From assembly GCA_010093745.1 (NCBI GenBank), contig MU005987.1, forward strand, positions 62,001 to 126,000: a DNA stretch of 64,000 nucleotides, in the 5' to 3' direction. The stretch is from Piedraia hortae CBS 480.64. Its lineage: Eukaryota. Below the pieces are notes generated by a model. It was not told the origin of the DNA. It did no database searches and was given only the letters and a program-made list of their open reading frames with translations. Numbering within the stretch: position 1 is the first letter of the stretch; each line of letters begins with the position of its first letter. Of the stretch, positions 33,640-45,745 are shown piece by piece. The position numbers were made by a program, and so were the translations under genes.

Positions 33640-34880
33640 CGAAGTCCCCATCGATATCCTCACTGGTGGAAGGGCTCTATCTAAATGAGGACCAGCCTTT
33701 GTCTAAAGCCAGGCCGCAATTCGCAGAAAAGCTTAACAATCTGAAAACCACAAAGAATCTCACCCGCATGTGTGCTATTAGGCACACAACCATCTAGCTC
33801 CACCCGCATCACAGTGGTCACAGTGGTCAAAGCCGTATGACATGAGTGAACAATAAATCCAAGATCGCAGAAAGCGACGTTGTTCGGCCAGGGTATACAT
33901 CAGTCACGATGCAGGATTTCCAAAACCATACCGACAGGAAGGAAAGATACCTTGGGATAGCGCACGTACACCGTGATGCATACTATACCTTCGCCGCAGA
34001 AAGGGAAGAGCAAGAAGACTGTGAAAAGGCAGTAATCGGGATGCGGACCGCATGGGGGGAAAGGGGAGCAACGATCTGACGGTAACGTGGAAGAGAAGGT
34101 TGTGGTCAACTTTTCTTTCAAGTAGCTGTTCATGGAAGTCTCCTACCTCTGGAGATGTGTGCTGTGAGAAATGGAGGAAACTCGTCAACGGCCAACTATT
34201 TGTCACTGTATACCACAGGCTCGCCGTAATCAGACCACGAAACAGACAAGCAGTGTGAAGACAAGTAGCGTGTAGTTGGCCAACCAGCCATCTTTTGCAG
34301 ATCGCCTCACTGGCCACATTATCGGAGTCTTGCAAAAAGACCTCGAGCAATTTGGCTGACCCAGGCACAGGGCAAACACCGCTTATCTCCGCATTGGGCC
34401 CGCCAATAATTTCGTCCTGCATGATGACAAGCTCCACCGCGCGATCAACAACAAGGAGATCTCGGCCAGTGATCCTCCAGGCCCAGCAGGCGCCGTCGTT
34501 CTTCTTCAAGTTTGGAGTATGCCTACTATTTTTCTCTGTCACAGGCTTAGCCCGCAATGTATCGAGCCACATAATACCAGATGGACGCTCTGACGGGATG
34601 CTACAAAGATACAAGGCACGCATTTGCGTAAGGAGCGATGTGCAGGCAGCTGCTTACGACAATTATGTGTCAACACTAGCCGCTGAGGTGTTCCGGTTGT
34701 AGTGCAGCCTCATTGCTGTGTATGGTCTCGAAACGGCCCAATTCGACGTTACAAATGCCTTTTTGAATGCAACCTTTCCTTACACCATGTTTGTCAGGCC
34801 ACCTGAAGGACGGAAAGGAGAAGTGTATGTGCTGAAATCAAAAAGGCCCAGTATGGGTTAAGGAGTCCCTTTGCTTTAGC
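33640..34880 (+). mobile_element. Degenerate Ty1/copia pol fragment (integrase-like part plus reverse transcriptase N-terminus)
   Basis: At 34600-34880: YKARICVRSDVQ..DNYVSTLAAEVFRL*..QFDVTNAFLNA..FVRPPEG..KKAQYGLR, matching copia RT (RVT_2) motifs with a stop and a frameshift. An upstream RSDG (~34072) resembles the integrase core. Confidence 0.82.
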
Positions 34881-35479
34881 GTGCATCTCGTTCGGGATTC
34901 AACGACACAGCCAAGAAGTCCCTCATTTGATAATGTTTCGGCCGACATGAAGAACCTTTTAAAAAAGCAATCACATCGCTCCTTGCCCACAGATGAGTTT
35001 GTGCTGCAATGCAGAAAGCTAGATGCCAGGCTCCTGCATCACAGAGTCTCGAGGATCCCCATCCGCACCTTTGCTTCTGCACCCTCGGCCGCTGCCCCTC
35101 TACCGTTTTTCCTCCTATCGCCGCTATCTCTCCGGCCGCCTTCCTCTCCGCCGCACCTTTGCAAGGATCAACTAACCACCAATCTGATGGCAGCCCCGAA
35201 TTAGATTGGCAGAGGAGTGTATGCGTGGGTGACAGATCGCGATCCACTCTATGTCAACGGGAACATCTCCACAAAACTACAGTCAAGAATTCGACATCAT
35301 GGCAAACAAACCACAAGATAACCATTCCACTGGTCAATCGGCCTCCACTGACTCTGATGCGTCGGAGAACCAGCAGTTTTCAAATCCCAGTGCCGCCGAC
35401 CCTGCCAAGCGCCAGTCAGAGCGGGTCGCTTCTGCGCAAAGGTACCTGCTCGATTCACCGGGAGGCACATATCAGTCGG

Positions 35480-35620
35480 CAGCCAGCAGCCCCTTACACT
35501 CAAGAACAAAATCCTGCCGAACGCGGTGGAGCAACTATTGTTCGCCATGATCAACTGATTACTACGGAGGGTGGCATGCCAACGATTTGTTGTCCGTGCC
35601 TCCTGGATGCAACATCTCTT
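35480..35620 (+). mobile_element. Second copia integrase-core fragment
   Basis: APYTQEQNPAERGGATIV resembles the integrase motif PYTPEQNGxAERxG. Confidence 0.65.
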
Positions 35621-36805
35621 CCTATATTCATCACAATGCATTGCTGGAACCAAGAAGTCGACCGTCAATTTTAATATGATCTCCGAAATGTCGGTAGACC
35701 AAGGATAGGCCAATTTGAGAGCCCTGGTTAAGTAGGCTGAGGGCGTCCAAGGCTTGCGCCCGCGCGCCCGTCGCTGCATTGAAGCACTCCCACCTCGTTT
35801 TGATGCGGCCTCTTCACGCAAAGAACTCAGAAAACTAGTTGCGGAGACCTCTCGTCAAGCGCAAAGACAGGCCCAATACACTGCTGGACCACGCTTACCG
35901 TCGAGGATGGGCCAGCCGGCGCCGATAGCATGTTCGATGGAGGGCGCAACTCAAGGACCCCTGATGTAGACGCAGCGGAGTTGATTGCCACACACCTGAG
36001 CAGTCAATACCACGACCTGGCTGGATGACGGTACCCAAGAAGCATTCAGAACCCAAGAAAGAAGCGAACAGCCGACGCGACCGAGCCAAAACACGAAGAA
36101 CGACCACGCAGCAGCCCATTGCCGCGGAGCAAGCTGGTCCGTTTTTCCTACTCCTGGTATCCAGGACATCGTCGCGACGAGCCTTTCGTTTCCAGGATTG
36201 CCTAGACTGGATAAAAGCCGCAAAAGCATATTTGCATTACAAGACAAGTCACTTGTCTTTTTTTTTCCCATGTAACGAGATTGCCGGATGGACTAGGACG
36301 AACATCACCGGTGGACTGAATGGGACAAGTTCGATGTCTAGTTCCACGAAGATGTAAGCCTGATTCTGAGACAACGTATCAGGCGGGTTGTGGGGGAAGG
36401 ACTGTGGTTGAAACATGATAGATGGGTTTCAATCTTGTGTGTATATATTTGACCTACGGAATTCGGGCATATATGGCTAAGTTTTACGAGGTGGATTTCA
36501 GGGTTTGAATGCTGCCGTATGGGTTTGAGAGGACCTCAATGTGAAGCTGGCGGTGATGGAAAGGGATCTTGATGACGAGGTAGGATGTACGGGCGATCAG
36601 GAGGGCCGTGACTTATGTAAGGCACAAACTCGACAGGGTGTATACATTGACACCAAAGATGACTTTGTTCAGTGACTCTGTCTAAGGTCGAAAGTCCCTG
36701 GCAGAAGCTCGCGATACATTCGTCGCTTTTTCTTCGCTCGCCAGACACCTTTAATGGTTTTAGAGTATATCGAAAGGCACTGCCGGAGATACCAATGGGC
36801 ACGGT

Positions 36806-37614
36806 TTGACACCATGTTCTGTGGCGGCACATCCTCCTCGCGATTGCGAACACCTTTCCCTCGCTAAGGACTCCAACATGGTCTGGGCCATGATCGGCAA
36901 AACGATCAAGGAGAGCGACCTCATCGTCATTGAGCATGACCTCACCTCGCCTAGCCCAGGCTACACTTCTCGATCCCACGTCGCAGACCTCAAGGCGAGG
37001 CTGCTGGAACATTACAGTGGAAAAGTATTTCAGCAGGACAACGCCAGAATCCACACCCCACTTCAAGCAATGGGTTTTCTGCGGGACCACAGAGTCAGAG
37101 TGATTGACGACTCGCTGCCGAACAGCCCAGATCTTAACCCTATCGAGCGAATAAGGGTGCATCTGAAATGCAAGGCCTACGAGATCAAACCGGATAACGA
37201 ATAAAGAACAGCAAGGAGCCATGCTCGAAGAAGTTCTGCCTATAGCCTGGAAGCAGATACGCCGTGAAATCGTGGAGGATCTGTTGGACAGAATACGAGA
37301 GTGCATCGAGGCCGTCATCGCGGCAGACGGCTGGTACACTCGATTTGAATTTACGGTGGATCGTTCATTCGTTTTCTCGACCCCTTTGCATTGGTATACC
37401 TATCTCATGTCTTTGCGATGATCGGAAAGGTCTCGAATTTCGGGCTCTCGCAAACGCGCAAACTTGATTGAACACACAAAAATAGCAACAGGTGGGCTGG
37501 CAATGGTGTTGGTTATCGTCTACTGTTGCCTATAGCTTTGTTCAATGTTCGTGTGTCATGTGGCACGAATTCAGGGATGGTGGCTGAATTCCTAACTTTT
37601 TGGTCACGACTATA
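36806..37614 (+). mobile_element. Tc1/mariner DNA transposon remnant (3' part of DDE transposase plus right TIR)
   Basis: MVWAMI..., FQQDNARIH, PNSPDLNPIE, then after a stop/frameshift AWKQI..AVIAADGWYTRF. Right TIR at 37586-37612 (reverse complement TAGTCGTGACCAAAAAGTTAGGAATTC) is followed by TA. Confidence 0.9.
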
Positions 37615-38546
37615 TGGTCTTTACTTCGGTGGCATATCAGATCATATTGCGTAGACGGTCTGGGTATTGATCTCGCAAAGGGATTTTCAATAGCACCTCG
37701 AAAGAGCCTGATAATGCAATATAGATGTTATGGTTGTGGAGACGGTGGGAAGGTGTGAGGCTGGGATTTTGGAGGCTTCATTCCATGTTGGAGGTATCAA
37801 AGCTGCGTCCAGCACGTGGCTTCAATTTCAGTTCGCCCCAGAGTGGGTACACCTGGACCACAGATTGATGTATCGTTCTCCATAGTGACGTATATTCAGG
37901 GATGTCTTCACGAGCATGTACCTGCTTCAGTAACGACACTGTGATTCTAGCGACGAGTCTCATCGGTGCTGAGCAGCAAGTCTCGGGTCTGTATCCATCC
38001 AACGTTGCTGCCTTAGTCCCAGCAATACCACGATAATCTCACACCAAAGTGGGCGAGCTAAACGGCGAAGCCCCCAGCAAGTTTCACCGCGTGATCCTTG
38101 CTCCACACCGAGCTGATCAAAAATCAAGAATTCAAAACATCAAAATAGCAGTCTTGCCCGAGACCTTCGTTCATCCAATTTACATACCAAACCCTCTCTT
38201 TCCCTCACCACCATGGCCGGGCCATCAACATTCCACACGCCAAGAACTGCCATCCCGGCCCGCTCCGCCCTCTATCGACCCCAAAATTTTCTCCCACACA
38301 CTCATCTATCTATAATGACGAGCAAAACAATTCCAGGCAGCAAGTTCATTCCTGGCTTCATCGAGTTCTTCGAAGGATTGGAAGAGGTCATCAAGGAGGA
38401 TATGATCGTTTCCGAGAAGAGATGTTAGGCCATTGCTAAGAAGTTGGCGGTTGAGGTTATAAACTCGCTTCGACGCGAATATAATGAGAGGAGCTGGGAA
38501 GCGGGGACGAGGGTGATTATGGGACTGTGAAAGGTGTGGGGTTAAC

Positions 38547-38606
38547 TGGTAAGGCGATGACTGGTAAGGCGGAAAATGGTAAGATGGCAAGTGGTAAGAT
38601 GAAACT
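38547..38606. repeat. Imperfect 15-bp tandem repeat, 4 copies, TGGTAAG core
   Basis: TGGTAAG at 38547, 38562, 38577 and 38592. Confidence 0.7.
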
Positions 38607-40426
38607 TCTCAAGACGGCATATCACGAGATGATAAATTGTAAGTCGGAATTCACGTCCTGTGTAGATGCTAACTAGGAAGTAGCCGTCACTGTCACCACA
38701 AAGAAGAGGGCCAGGAGATCGAAGAGGAGTGAGCCTCGTCTTGAACAAGGAAGAAACGTACAAGAGCCGCTGAACGACGTACACAGCGTTGTAGTAAACC
38801 CATCAATGACTGAATTGGCTATGCGCTTGCGAGCGAGAGTTGTTGTAGGGAGAAATCTTTGTTGTAGGGCAATCTTGGTATGAAGACGCGTTGCCATCGG
38901 CTGATTGATATTCTGTCTACTCATATAGCCTCTCTGGAGGACGCATGATGCCCGGGCTTTCTCACGGTCATTTGTCCAATGCTGTTTCCGTCCGCCAGGA
39001 CTGCCTTTGAAACATGTACATCACGACTGTTTGAGACGTGGATTGCGATTTTTTCGATTTATCTGATGCAAGCATGTCTTTGTGTACAATAACAAATGTA
39101 TACTCTAGAACGCCGCGCTACATCGTTCAGCCTTTTAGGTTTTCCGCCCACAAAAGTAATTGACCTTCCGTAAAGCCCTTTTCCATGGTTCCTCTCGCTC
39201 AACAGACGTCTTCAAAGCGATACTACCAACCGCAGTCTTCTAGCTTCTCACCACCGAGACAGGTAGCTGTTACCTTATCAATGTGCGCTATAAGCCGTTG
39301 CGAGCACTCAGCCAGTCAACGATAGTGCTCAAATAAGTTGTTAAAGGACTATACCACCGCTCTTGCTACCATTCTCCTATCCGCAGAGTTATAATGAACG
39401 TCCATCCTGTTTGCTTCCCATCAGCTAGTCTATCGCAAGTGTCAGCGGGAGTGGGCAACATTCTCGAAAAGCCGGATCGTGATGCCGTCGTCTTGGTTCA
39501 TTGTTAGTGGTGTTCTCCACGTTAATCTACTCAGCTAAACATTTTGCGGGATGGGAATCCCAGTCATGGAGTCAGTGATACGTCTTTGACGTTCTATAAG
39601 GAGCCAATTGGTGAGATAGGGAGCAAGCTTGATGCTCTTCCTGTCGAGGTTTGGGATAGGATGTTACGGATAGATAGATGGTAGGCGTGTTCGTTATCAG
39701 GTGGTATATCATCTCGCTGGATAATGATTATGGTGAGAGAACGTTCGTTTTTTGACTTTTGGTGGAATTGATGAGGCGGACACAGTCATGTTGGTAGAAG
39801 ATATGTGTAAGCTATTCCCAAGTCGTACATTGGAGGAGAGATATGCCCTTTGTGCCGCAATGTTGAGAAATTATTGACATTTATTGCAATACTGTACCGA
39901 TAACTGCGATATTGCGATATTGTACCAGTTGTTACAATACTGTTCCGCTTGATACAGTGCTGTCCCACCTATAACAAAGTGTACTTCAACCCTTCATTAT
40001 GGAAAAATGTAAAAGTTATAGCAAATTGTACCTTTTCCTGCCAAAATCATACCTCGACGTGAACAAATGTAACGCCTACCACAAATGTTGTCATGTCATT
40101 TCTCGGGTCGGCCTGCCCACGCGCTCCTCGATCATATGTAGGCTTATGAGTCGTTTCAATATGCTTTCCTACTCTTATGCGTTCGAGCACACGCAGTAAT
40201 AGTCTATTGCAGTCCTACTGATCGAGCGTACTCTAGAGATCCACACATGCTATGTTGCCCCAACCCAACTTCTCTGTTCTCGATACCAATCGTTCAGTTC
40301 GTGAGGTTTCTTGACTCTGCCAAATGCTACAGCATAGGCAGGTTCGCAGGAGTTCCAAAGTCTTCTTAATACGTAATGTGGTTTCCGCAAATCAAGTAGA
40401 TATACTGCCCGCCCCACTGATCTGCC

Positions 40427-40545
40427 ACGTACGGCCATAGGTTGCAGAGAACAGAGGATCCCGTCCGCTCTCCTGAACTTAAGCTGCAAACCGGCGGATC
40501 AGTACTACGGTGGGTGACCACGTGGGAATCCCCGCTGCTGTACGT
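40427..40545 (+). rRNA. Dispersed 5S rRNA gene
   Basis: 119 nt. Helix I ACGTACGGC/GCTGTACGT, conserved CCCGTCCGCTC, CTTAAGC and GGTGGGTGACCAC..GAATCC. TATA-like GATATA about 28 bp upstream. Confidence 0.95.
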
Positions 40546-40548
40546 TCC

Positions 40549-40558
40549 TTTTTTTTTT
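40549..40558 (+). terminator. RNA polymerase III oligo-T terminator
   Basis: T10 run immediately after the 5S 3' end. Confidence 0.85.
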
Positions 40559-40691
40559 GCCCTTGCTCCTGTAAATGTGCCCCGGTCAGATCTAGTGACT
40601 TCAGAAACCCCGATTTCTCTGCCACTAACAAAGCTTGTACAATTACCATAAAATGCGTCACTGCGCATGCTCGCCAAACGGTTATAATCTA

Positions 40692-43337
40692 TTATACACC
40701 AACCCCTACGCCCTCAAATCCCCTCTTCCTCATGAACGACAACGTCCTCTCAAAATGCTTCTTCGCATTATCCAGGCCCGACGAAGGCGTATTCCCCGCC
40801 GAAGCGGCAGTCGCAAGATTACTCTCAATCAGCTCAATCAAACCAGAGAGGTATTTGGACGTGACAGCTTCGTTTTCCTGTTCGTAGTAGTATGCGTATC
40901 GGTTTAAAATTTCGATAAAGAGTTCGACCGAAACGGATGTGTCCATGCATGCGTCTGCTACTCGGAGAGCGCGTTGGAGGCATTCTAGGACTCGCTTCCC
41001 GTCACGGTAGGTTTGTGGTTTGGAGGTTTCTTTTTGATCATCGCTTCCTTCGGCTTTGGTTTCGGATTCTGATTCGCTTGGGGGTTCGGAGTCGATGACA
41101 TCAGATGTCCACCATAGATGACTGGCGAGATAGACGGCTCGACATTGATCGGGCTTTTTGAGCAATTTGCTTCCGTGTAAGGCCGTTTTGGTGATGAGAG
41201 TGTCGTAGTTATCCCGGCTGAACCGTGAAGAGCAGCCCATGAGGGCACCTGCGATGGCGCAGATGGCTTGGTATTGGCTCCGAGAATCGCTGATGCTCTC
41301 TTCGTAGATGGTGAATGCTTGTGCAAAGCTCTCGTATGCTACGTCCTCGTTCATGCAGTGACTGGATACCTGTCCGCATGAGATGAAGAGGCGTAGGACC
41401 AGGTCCGGCACGCCGGGAATAGCGACACGGGAATAGAGCGAGGTGAGGATGGAGTGGGCAAACTTCCAGAGCTGACTGGCGTCTGTGGATGTGTCTTTTT
41501 GAACGTGCATGCGACGGGCGAGTTTGAGACAGGCGGTGATGAGTGCGGGCGATGTGTATCTCGTGCGCTCGTTGCCTTCGCTAAACTCTGTGCGCGTGAG
41601 CTTTAGAAGCTCAAACTGAGTGCTGTTGTCAGATGCACCAAGCAGGTGCACCATCCGCGCGAGCCAGCCTTGCTCTTCAATCATCTCGTCCGTCTCGACT
41701 GCTGCCCTCCGGATGGCACCGCTGTAGCTTGAAGGCGTTTGCATGCCTTCTTTTATTAATACAGAGAGGATTTTGAGCACGCCCTCAAGCTGCTCGGGTG
41801 TGGTAATTTTTGTTTCTGTGCGTAGCAAAGTGCGCGCTACTTCACCGGCGACGGCGCGGCGTGTCGGATATGTCTGCTGTTGGTAGAGGGGGACAAAATG
41901 AGGCAGGGCAAGTGCAGTAAAGAGGGAGCAATATGCCTTGATTGGTGCCTGCAAAAGGCCGAGGAGGTTGGCCTGTGCTGGCTGCGAGTGCATATCGGCT
42001 GAGTTCTGAAAGCGAGAGACTTCGTTCGATGCGTGGCGAAGGACCTGATCGACGTAGTCCAGCCGTTCGGGGTAGATGCTGATGGCGAGGTTCATGAGGG
42101 AAAGGAGAAGAGCGGTGATATCCTGAATCGGTAATTGCTGAATGGTGACGACTTGCACAATCTGATCATAGAAGATTTCAAACAACTTGACGTTCTCCGG
42201 AATGCCTTTGGCACCCTCTCCATCCGACGTGACTGCGCCATCCACCGTCTCGCTGGACTTATCAGCCTCTGGCACATCAGTTTTGTCCGTCTCTGCCTTA
42301 TCATCCTCGGCTGTCTCAGACTTGGCTTCGTTCTTCAACTTCAGCTTTTCCAGGGCCGAAACAGCTTCATTCTCCAGCTTTTGTTTATCCTCGGCTGATC
42401 TTGGCTCCGCTTCTCGCGTGGCATATGCCGACAGACGGTCCATGAGGCCTATGACGATGGACTTGACGTTTACATTCGGATTTAGCTTGGCTGTGGCCGA
42501 GAGAAATTGATCGAGGGTATGCAGATGATATTCGTCCGGGAACACTTGAGTGATGACCTCGAGCAGGTATTCCTGAGCCAGAACATCGCGGCACTGGACA
42601 ACCTGCTCCAAGAGCGGCTGGAGGATGGAGTTCTTGTAGCTTTGAAGGTCAACAAGCTGGCTAAGCCTCACTAGATTGCTACCAACTAGCAGCTGCAGCT
42701 CCTGGCGCTCTTTTGTGCGCAAATCCCGCTCCCTTGACGGACCCTGATGCTGCAGCCGCACCCATAGCTTGTTCATCTCGACAAAATTGGTCAGCACGAA
42801 GTTCGTACTGTCCTGTAGATTTCCCTGTGGCCCATCACCGGAGCCCGTCGGCACATGGTCTCGCGCTTGGCCGCTGAGATAGTAGCGCAGGAAGAGGCCT
42901 CGCACGGGGTGCTGCACGCCGCGACTCATCTCCATCATGTCCTTCATGATCTCTTTGACAGGCGCATCCTCAATGCCCATGTAAACAGTTCCAACCGTGA
43001 TCATCAGGTACAGACGCGGCACGACGTTGCCGGCATACTGCACGAGCTCGTAGAGGTCGGCCAAGTGGTTCGTCGGGTGCGAATCGCGCAGGTAGATAGA
43101 AAGATGGCGTAGCGCATCAAAGACTGCCATATAGAGCTCATAATATTGCTTCGGTCCAAGGCTTCCCGTGCGCAGCTCCGACACCAGAGTCGAGCTGCAC
43201 TTGAGGGCGTCCATGAGCTTCCCAGGCGTCTCCAGACATCGGCGCATCTGCACAGTCTGCTGGCGCACAACCCCAAGCGCTTCCTCCAACAGACGCGCCT
43301 GGTCCTCGGGCGGCGGCGGCGGCGGCAGCGAGGCCAT
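40692..43337 (-). CDS. VPS35: Retromer subunit Vps35
   Basis: LMDALKC, ELRT..LGPKQYYELY, LYELVQYAGNVVPRLYL, QHPVRGLFLRYYL, KRVLECLQRALRVAD. Intronless. Confidence 0.97.
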   Translation of the reverse strand: MASLPPPPPPEDQARLLEEALGVVRQQTVQMRRCLETPGKLMDALKCSSTLVSELRTGSLGPKQYYELYMAVFDALRHLSIYLRDSHPTNHLADLYELVQYAGNVVPRLYLMITVGTVYMGIEDAPVKEIMKDMMEMSRGVQHPVRGLFLRYYLSGQARDHVPTGSGDGPQGNLQDSTNFVLTNFVEMNKLWVRLQHQGPSRERDLRTKERQELQLLVGSNLVRLSQLVDLQSYKNSILQPLLEQVVQCRDVLAQEYLLEVITQVFPDEYHLHTLDQFLSATAKLNPNVNVKSIVIGLMDRLSAYATREAEPRSAEDKQKLENEAVSALEKLKLKNEAKSETAEDDKAETDKTDVPEADKSSETVDGAVTSDGEGAKGIPENVKLFEIFYDQIVQVVTIQQLPIQDITALLLSLMNLAISIYPERLDYVDQVLRHASNEVSRFQNSADMHSQPAQANLLGLLQAPIKAYCSLFTALALPHFVPLYQQQTYPTRRAVAGEVARTLLRTETKITTPEQLEGVLKILSVLIKEGMQTPSSYSGAIRRAAVETDEMIEEQGWLARMVHLLGASDNSTQFELLKLTRTEFSEGNERTRYTSPALITACLKLARRMHVQKDTSTDASQLWKFAHSILTSLYSRVAIPGVPDLVLRLFISCGQVSSHCMNEDVAYESFAQAFTIYEESISDSRSQYQAICAIAGALMGCSSRFSRDNYDTLITKTALHGSKLLKKPDQCRAVYLASHLWWTSDVIDSEPPSESESETKAEGSDDQKETSKPQTYRDGKRVLECLQRALRVADACMDTSVSVELFIEILNRYAYYYEQENEAVTSKYLSGLIELIESNLATAASAGNTPSSGLDNAKKHFERTLSFMRKRGFEGVGVGV

Positions 43338-43360
43338 TTTGATCCGAGTCGAGGTGATGA

Positions 43361-44209
<849 letters not shown>

Positions 44210-44302
44210 TAATCATCAATACATTAATCATTGTTGTCTATTTACATCTATGCCGCTCCAGTGCTGCACTAGCAGAGCGTGATCAAAACTCCCATCTATG
44301 TT

Positions 44303-44326
44303 ATGCCATGCCATGCCATGCCATGC
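44303..44326. repeat. (ATGCC)n microsatellite
   Basis: About 4.8 copies between the convergent 3' ends of DPM1 and the KEP gene. Confidence 0.8.
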
Positions 44327-44391
44327 TTCCATGCGTCATGCTCTATGCTTTCTGTTTTCCCATGCCACCATTCCTCCATTAACATCATAAT

Positions 44392-45003
44392 TTACTCAAA
44401 GCGAGTCTCGTTCCAGCTGACCACATTGATGGCCGTAGGGGCGGCGCGGGCGGTAATGAAGCCACTGGGAACCATAAGGATATTACCCGTCGAATCAGCG
44501 CGCTTGTTGTAGTAGACGGCGGTGCCGGTGGGAGCTGAGCGCTTGAAAACGGCGGTGCCAGTGCCGACCTCACGCTTGAAAACAGCAGTGCCGGTGCCAA
44601 CCTCACGCTTGTAGAAGATGCCCGTGCCGGTAGGGACCATACGCTTGTAGTTCTCGATCGTCGAAGGTTTGATGGGGTACGACGTGTGCCATTGGCCGTT
44701 GTCGTAGTACGACGTTGCGCTGGGAGTAGGCGTCGTTGTCACGGTAATCGTCGTGGGCTCCACAGAAGTTGCGACGCTGGCAGACTTGAAGCTGGGCTCA
44801 ACCGTTACCGACACCGTCTGGGATGCATCCGAGGTGATCGTCTTGTACACGGTGGTAGGAAGGTTGGAGACTGGCGACACGGCGGAGGTGGATGTGGAGG
44901 CACCAGAGCCGTCGACGTCGACCACAGAGTAGCTGACCCTCGGAAGAGCGCTGGTCGAGAAGGCGAAGAGGGCGGTAATGAAAAGAGTGCGCGTAAAGGC
45001 CAT
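44392..45003 (-). CDS. Secreted Kex2-processed repeat protein (KEP-type peptide precursor)
   Basis: Signal peptide MAFTRTLFITALFAFSTSA, Ser/Thr-rich linker, YYDNGQWHTSYP block, then five KR sites delimiting four 9-11 aa peptides with a GT[GA] core. Confidence 0.8.
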   Translation of the reverse strand: MAFTRTLFITALFAFSTSALPRVSYSVVDVDGSGASTSTSAVSPVSNLPTTVYKTITSDASQTVSVTVEPSFKSASVATSVEPTTITVTTTPTPSATSYYDNGQWHTSYPIKPSTIENYKRMVPTGTGIFYKREVGTGTAVFKREVGTGTAVFKRSAPTGTAVYYNKRADSTGNILMVPSGFITARAAPTAINVVSWNETRFE

Positions 45004-45745
45004 GAGTGTTGTTGATTAATGTGGATGTTTGGTGTAGGGGGTGTTGGTGCAAGTGTTGTAGGATGTGTGTTGAGTGTTGGTATTAAAGATTAGAAGAGTG
45101 CGTGTAGAGTGTTTGAGTGAAGAATGCAGCAGCGTCGCCGCGTCCTCGCCTTTATCGCGGCCATGGCCAGCGAGGCTGGGAGTGAATGGCGTCGTCGTCG
45201 TCATGTTGAGGTGGTGAATGGCTGGGTGCTGGAAAATACGCGCGCCGTGCCCCGCTTTACGCCGGGTGGCTGGTCACTCCAGCTCTGTCACCAATCCCTG
45301 TTACGGGCCGTCACTGGAACCTGACGGCTGTCTGCCCAGCCATGTTATAGTCTAGACACGCTATGGCAGTTTCATCTCTTAAACTCTGTCCAACTTGGGC
45401 TTAGAGGCCTTCGAGAAGAGGGCAGGCTGGTTAGCGGAGTGGTTGGCCCTGAGACGTTGGGACAACGTCACACCCAATAACCAGTGCAAACAGCCCCTAA
45501 AGCATGGATGACGGACGTTGAGATGGTAACGTCGGGTACCTGTTGCCTGGCGCACGCTTCCATGTCTCGGCACTGCCGAGACACAGACAATTTGCCTAAG
45601 AGAAACCCACCTATTGACAGCAGCTTTTCATGATCGCTCTGCAGTACGTAAAGATTTCGCAGAGACACTGACTTTGCACGATCAACAACACACAAAAAGT
45701 TAGGACTGTGCCATGAAGGCATTCTTCATTTGCTTTACCCACTCT

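Noticed and set aside
38547..38606. CRISPR-like repeat-spacer pattern
   Set aside because: 7-bp repeats with 8-bp spacers in a eukaryote and no cas genes; far too short.
39650..39800. Possible LTR start (purine tract followed by TGTTACGG)
   Set aside because: No matching second LTR, target-site duplication or internal domain found.
39890..39975. TATTGC/GCGATA repeats and TACAGTGCTGTCCC, a possible TIR
   Set aside because: No partner inverted repeat found in the window.
44392..45003. Dikaritin (ustiloxin-type) biosynthetic cluster or alpha-pheromone gene
   Set aside because: No DUF3328, tyrosinase or transporter nearby. The repeats lack the X-A/X-P spacers and W-C..GQPC-like cores of ascomycete alpha-pheromones.
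45692..45706. AAAAAGTTAGGA match to the Tc1 TIR core
   Set aside because: Only about 13 bp, lacks the TA-CAGT terminus; could be chance.
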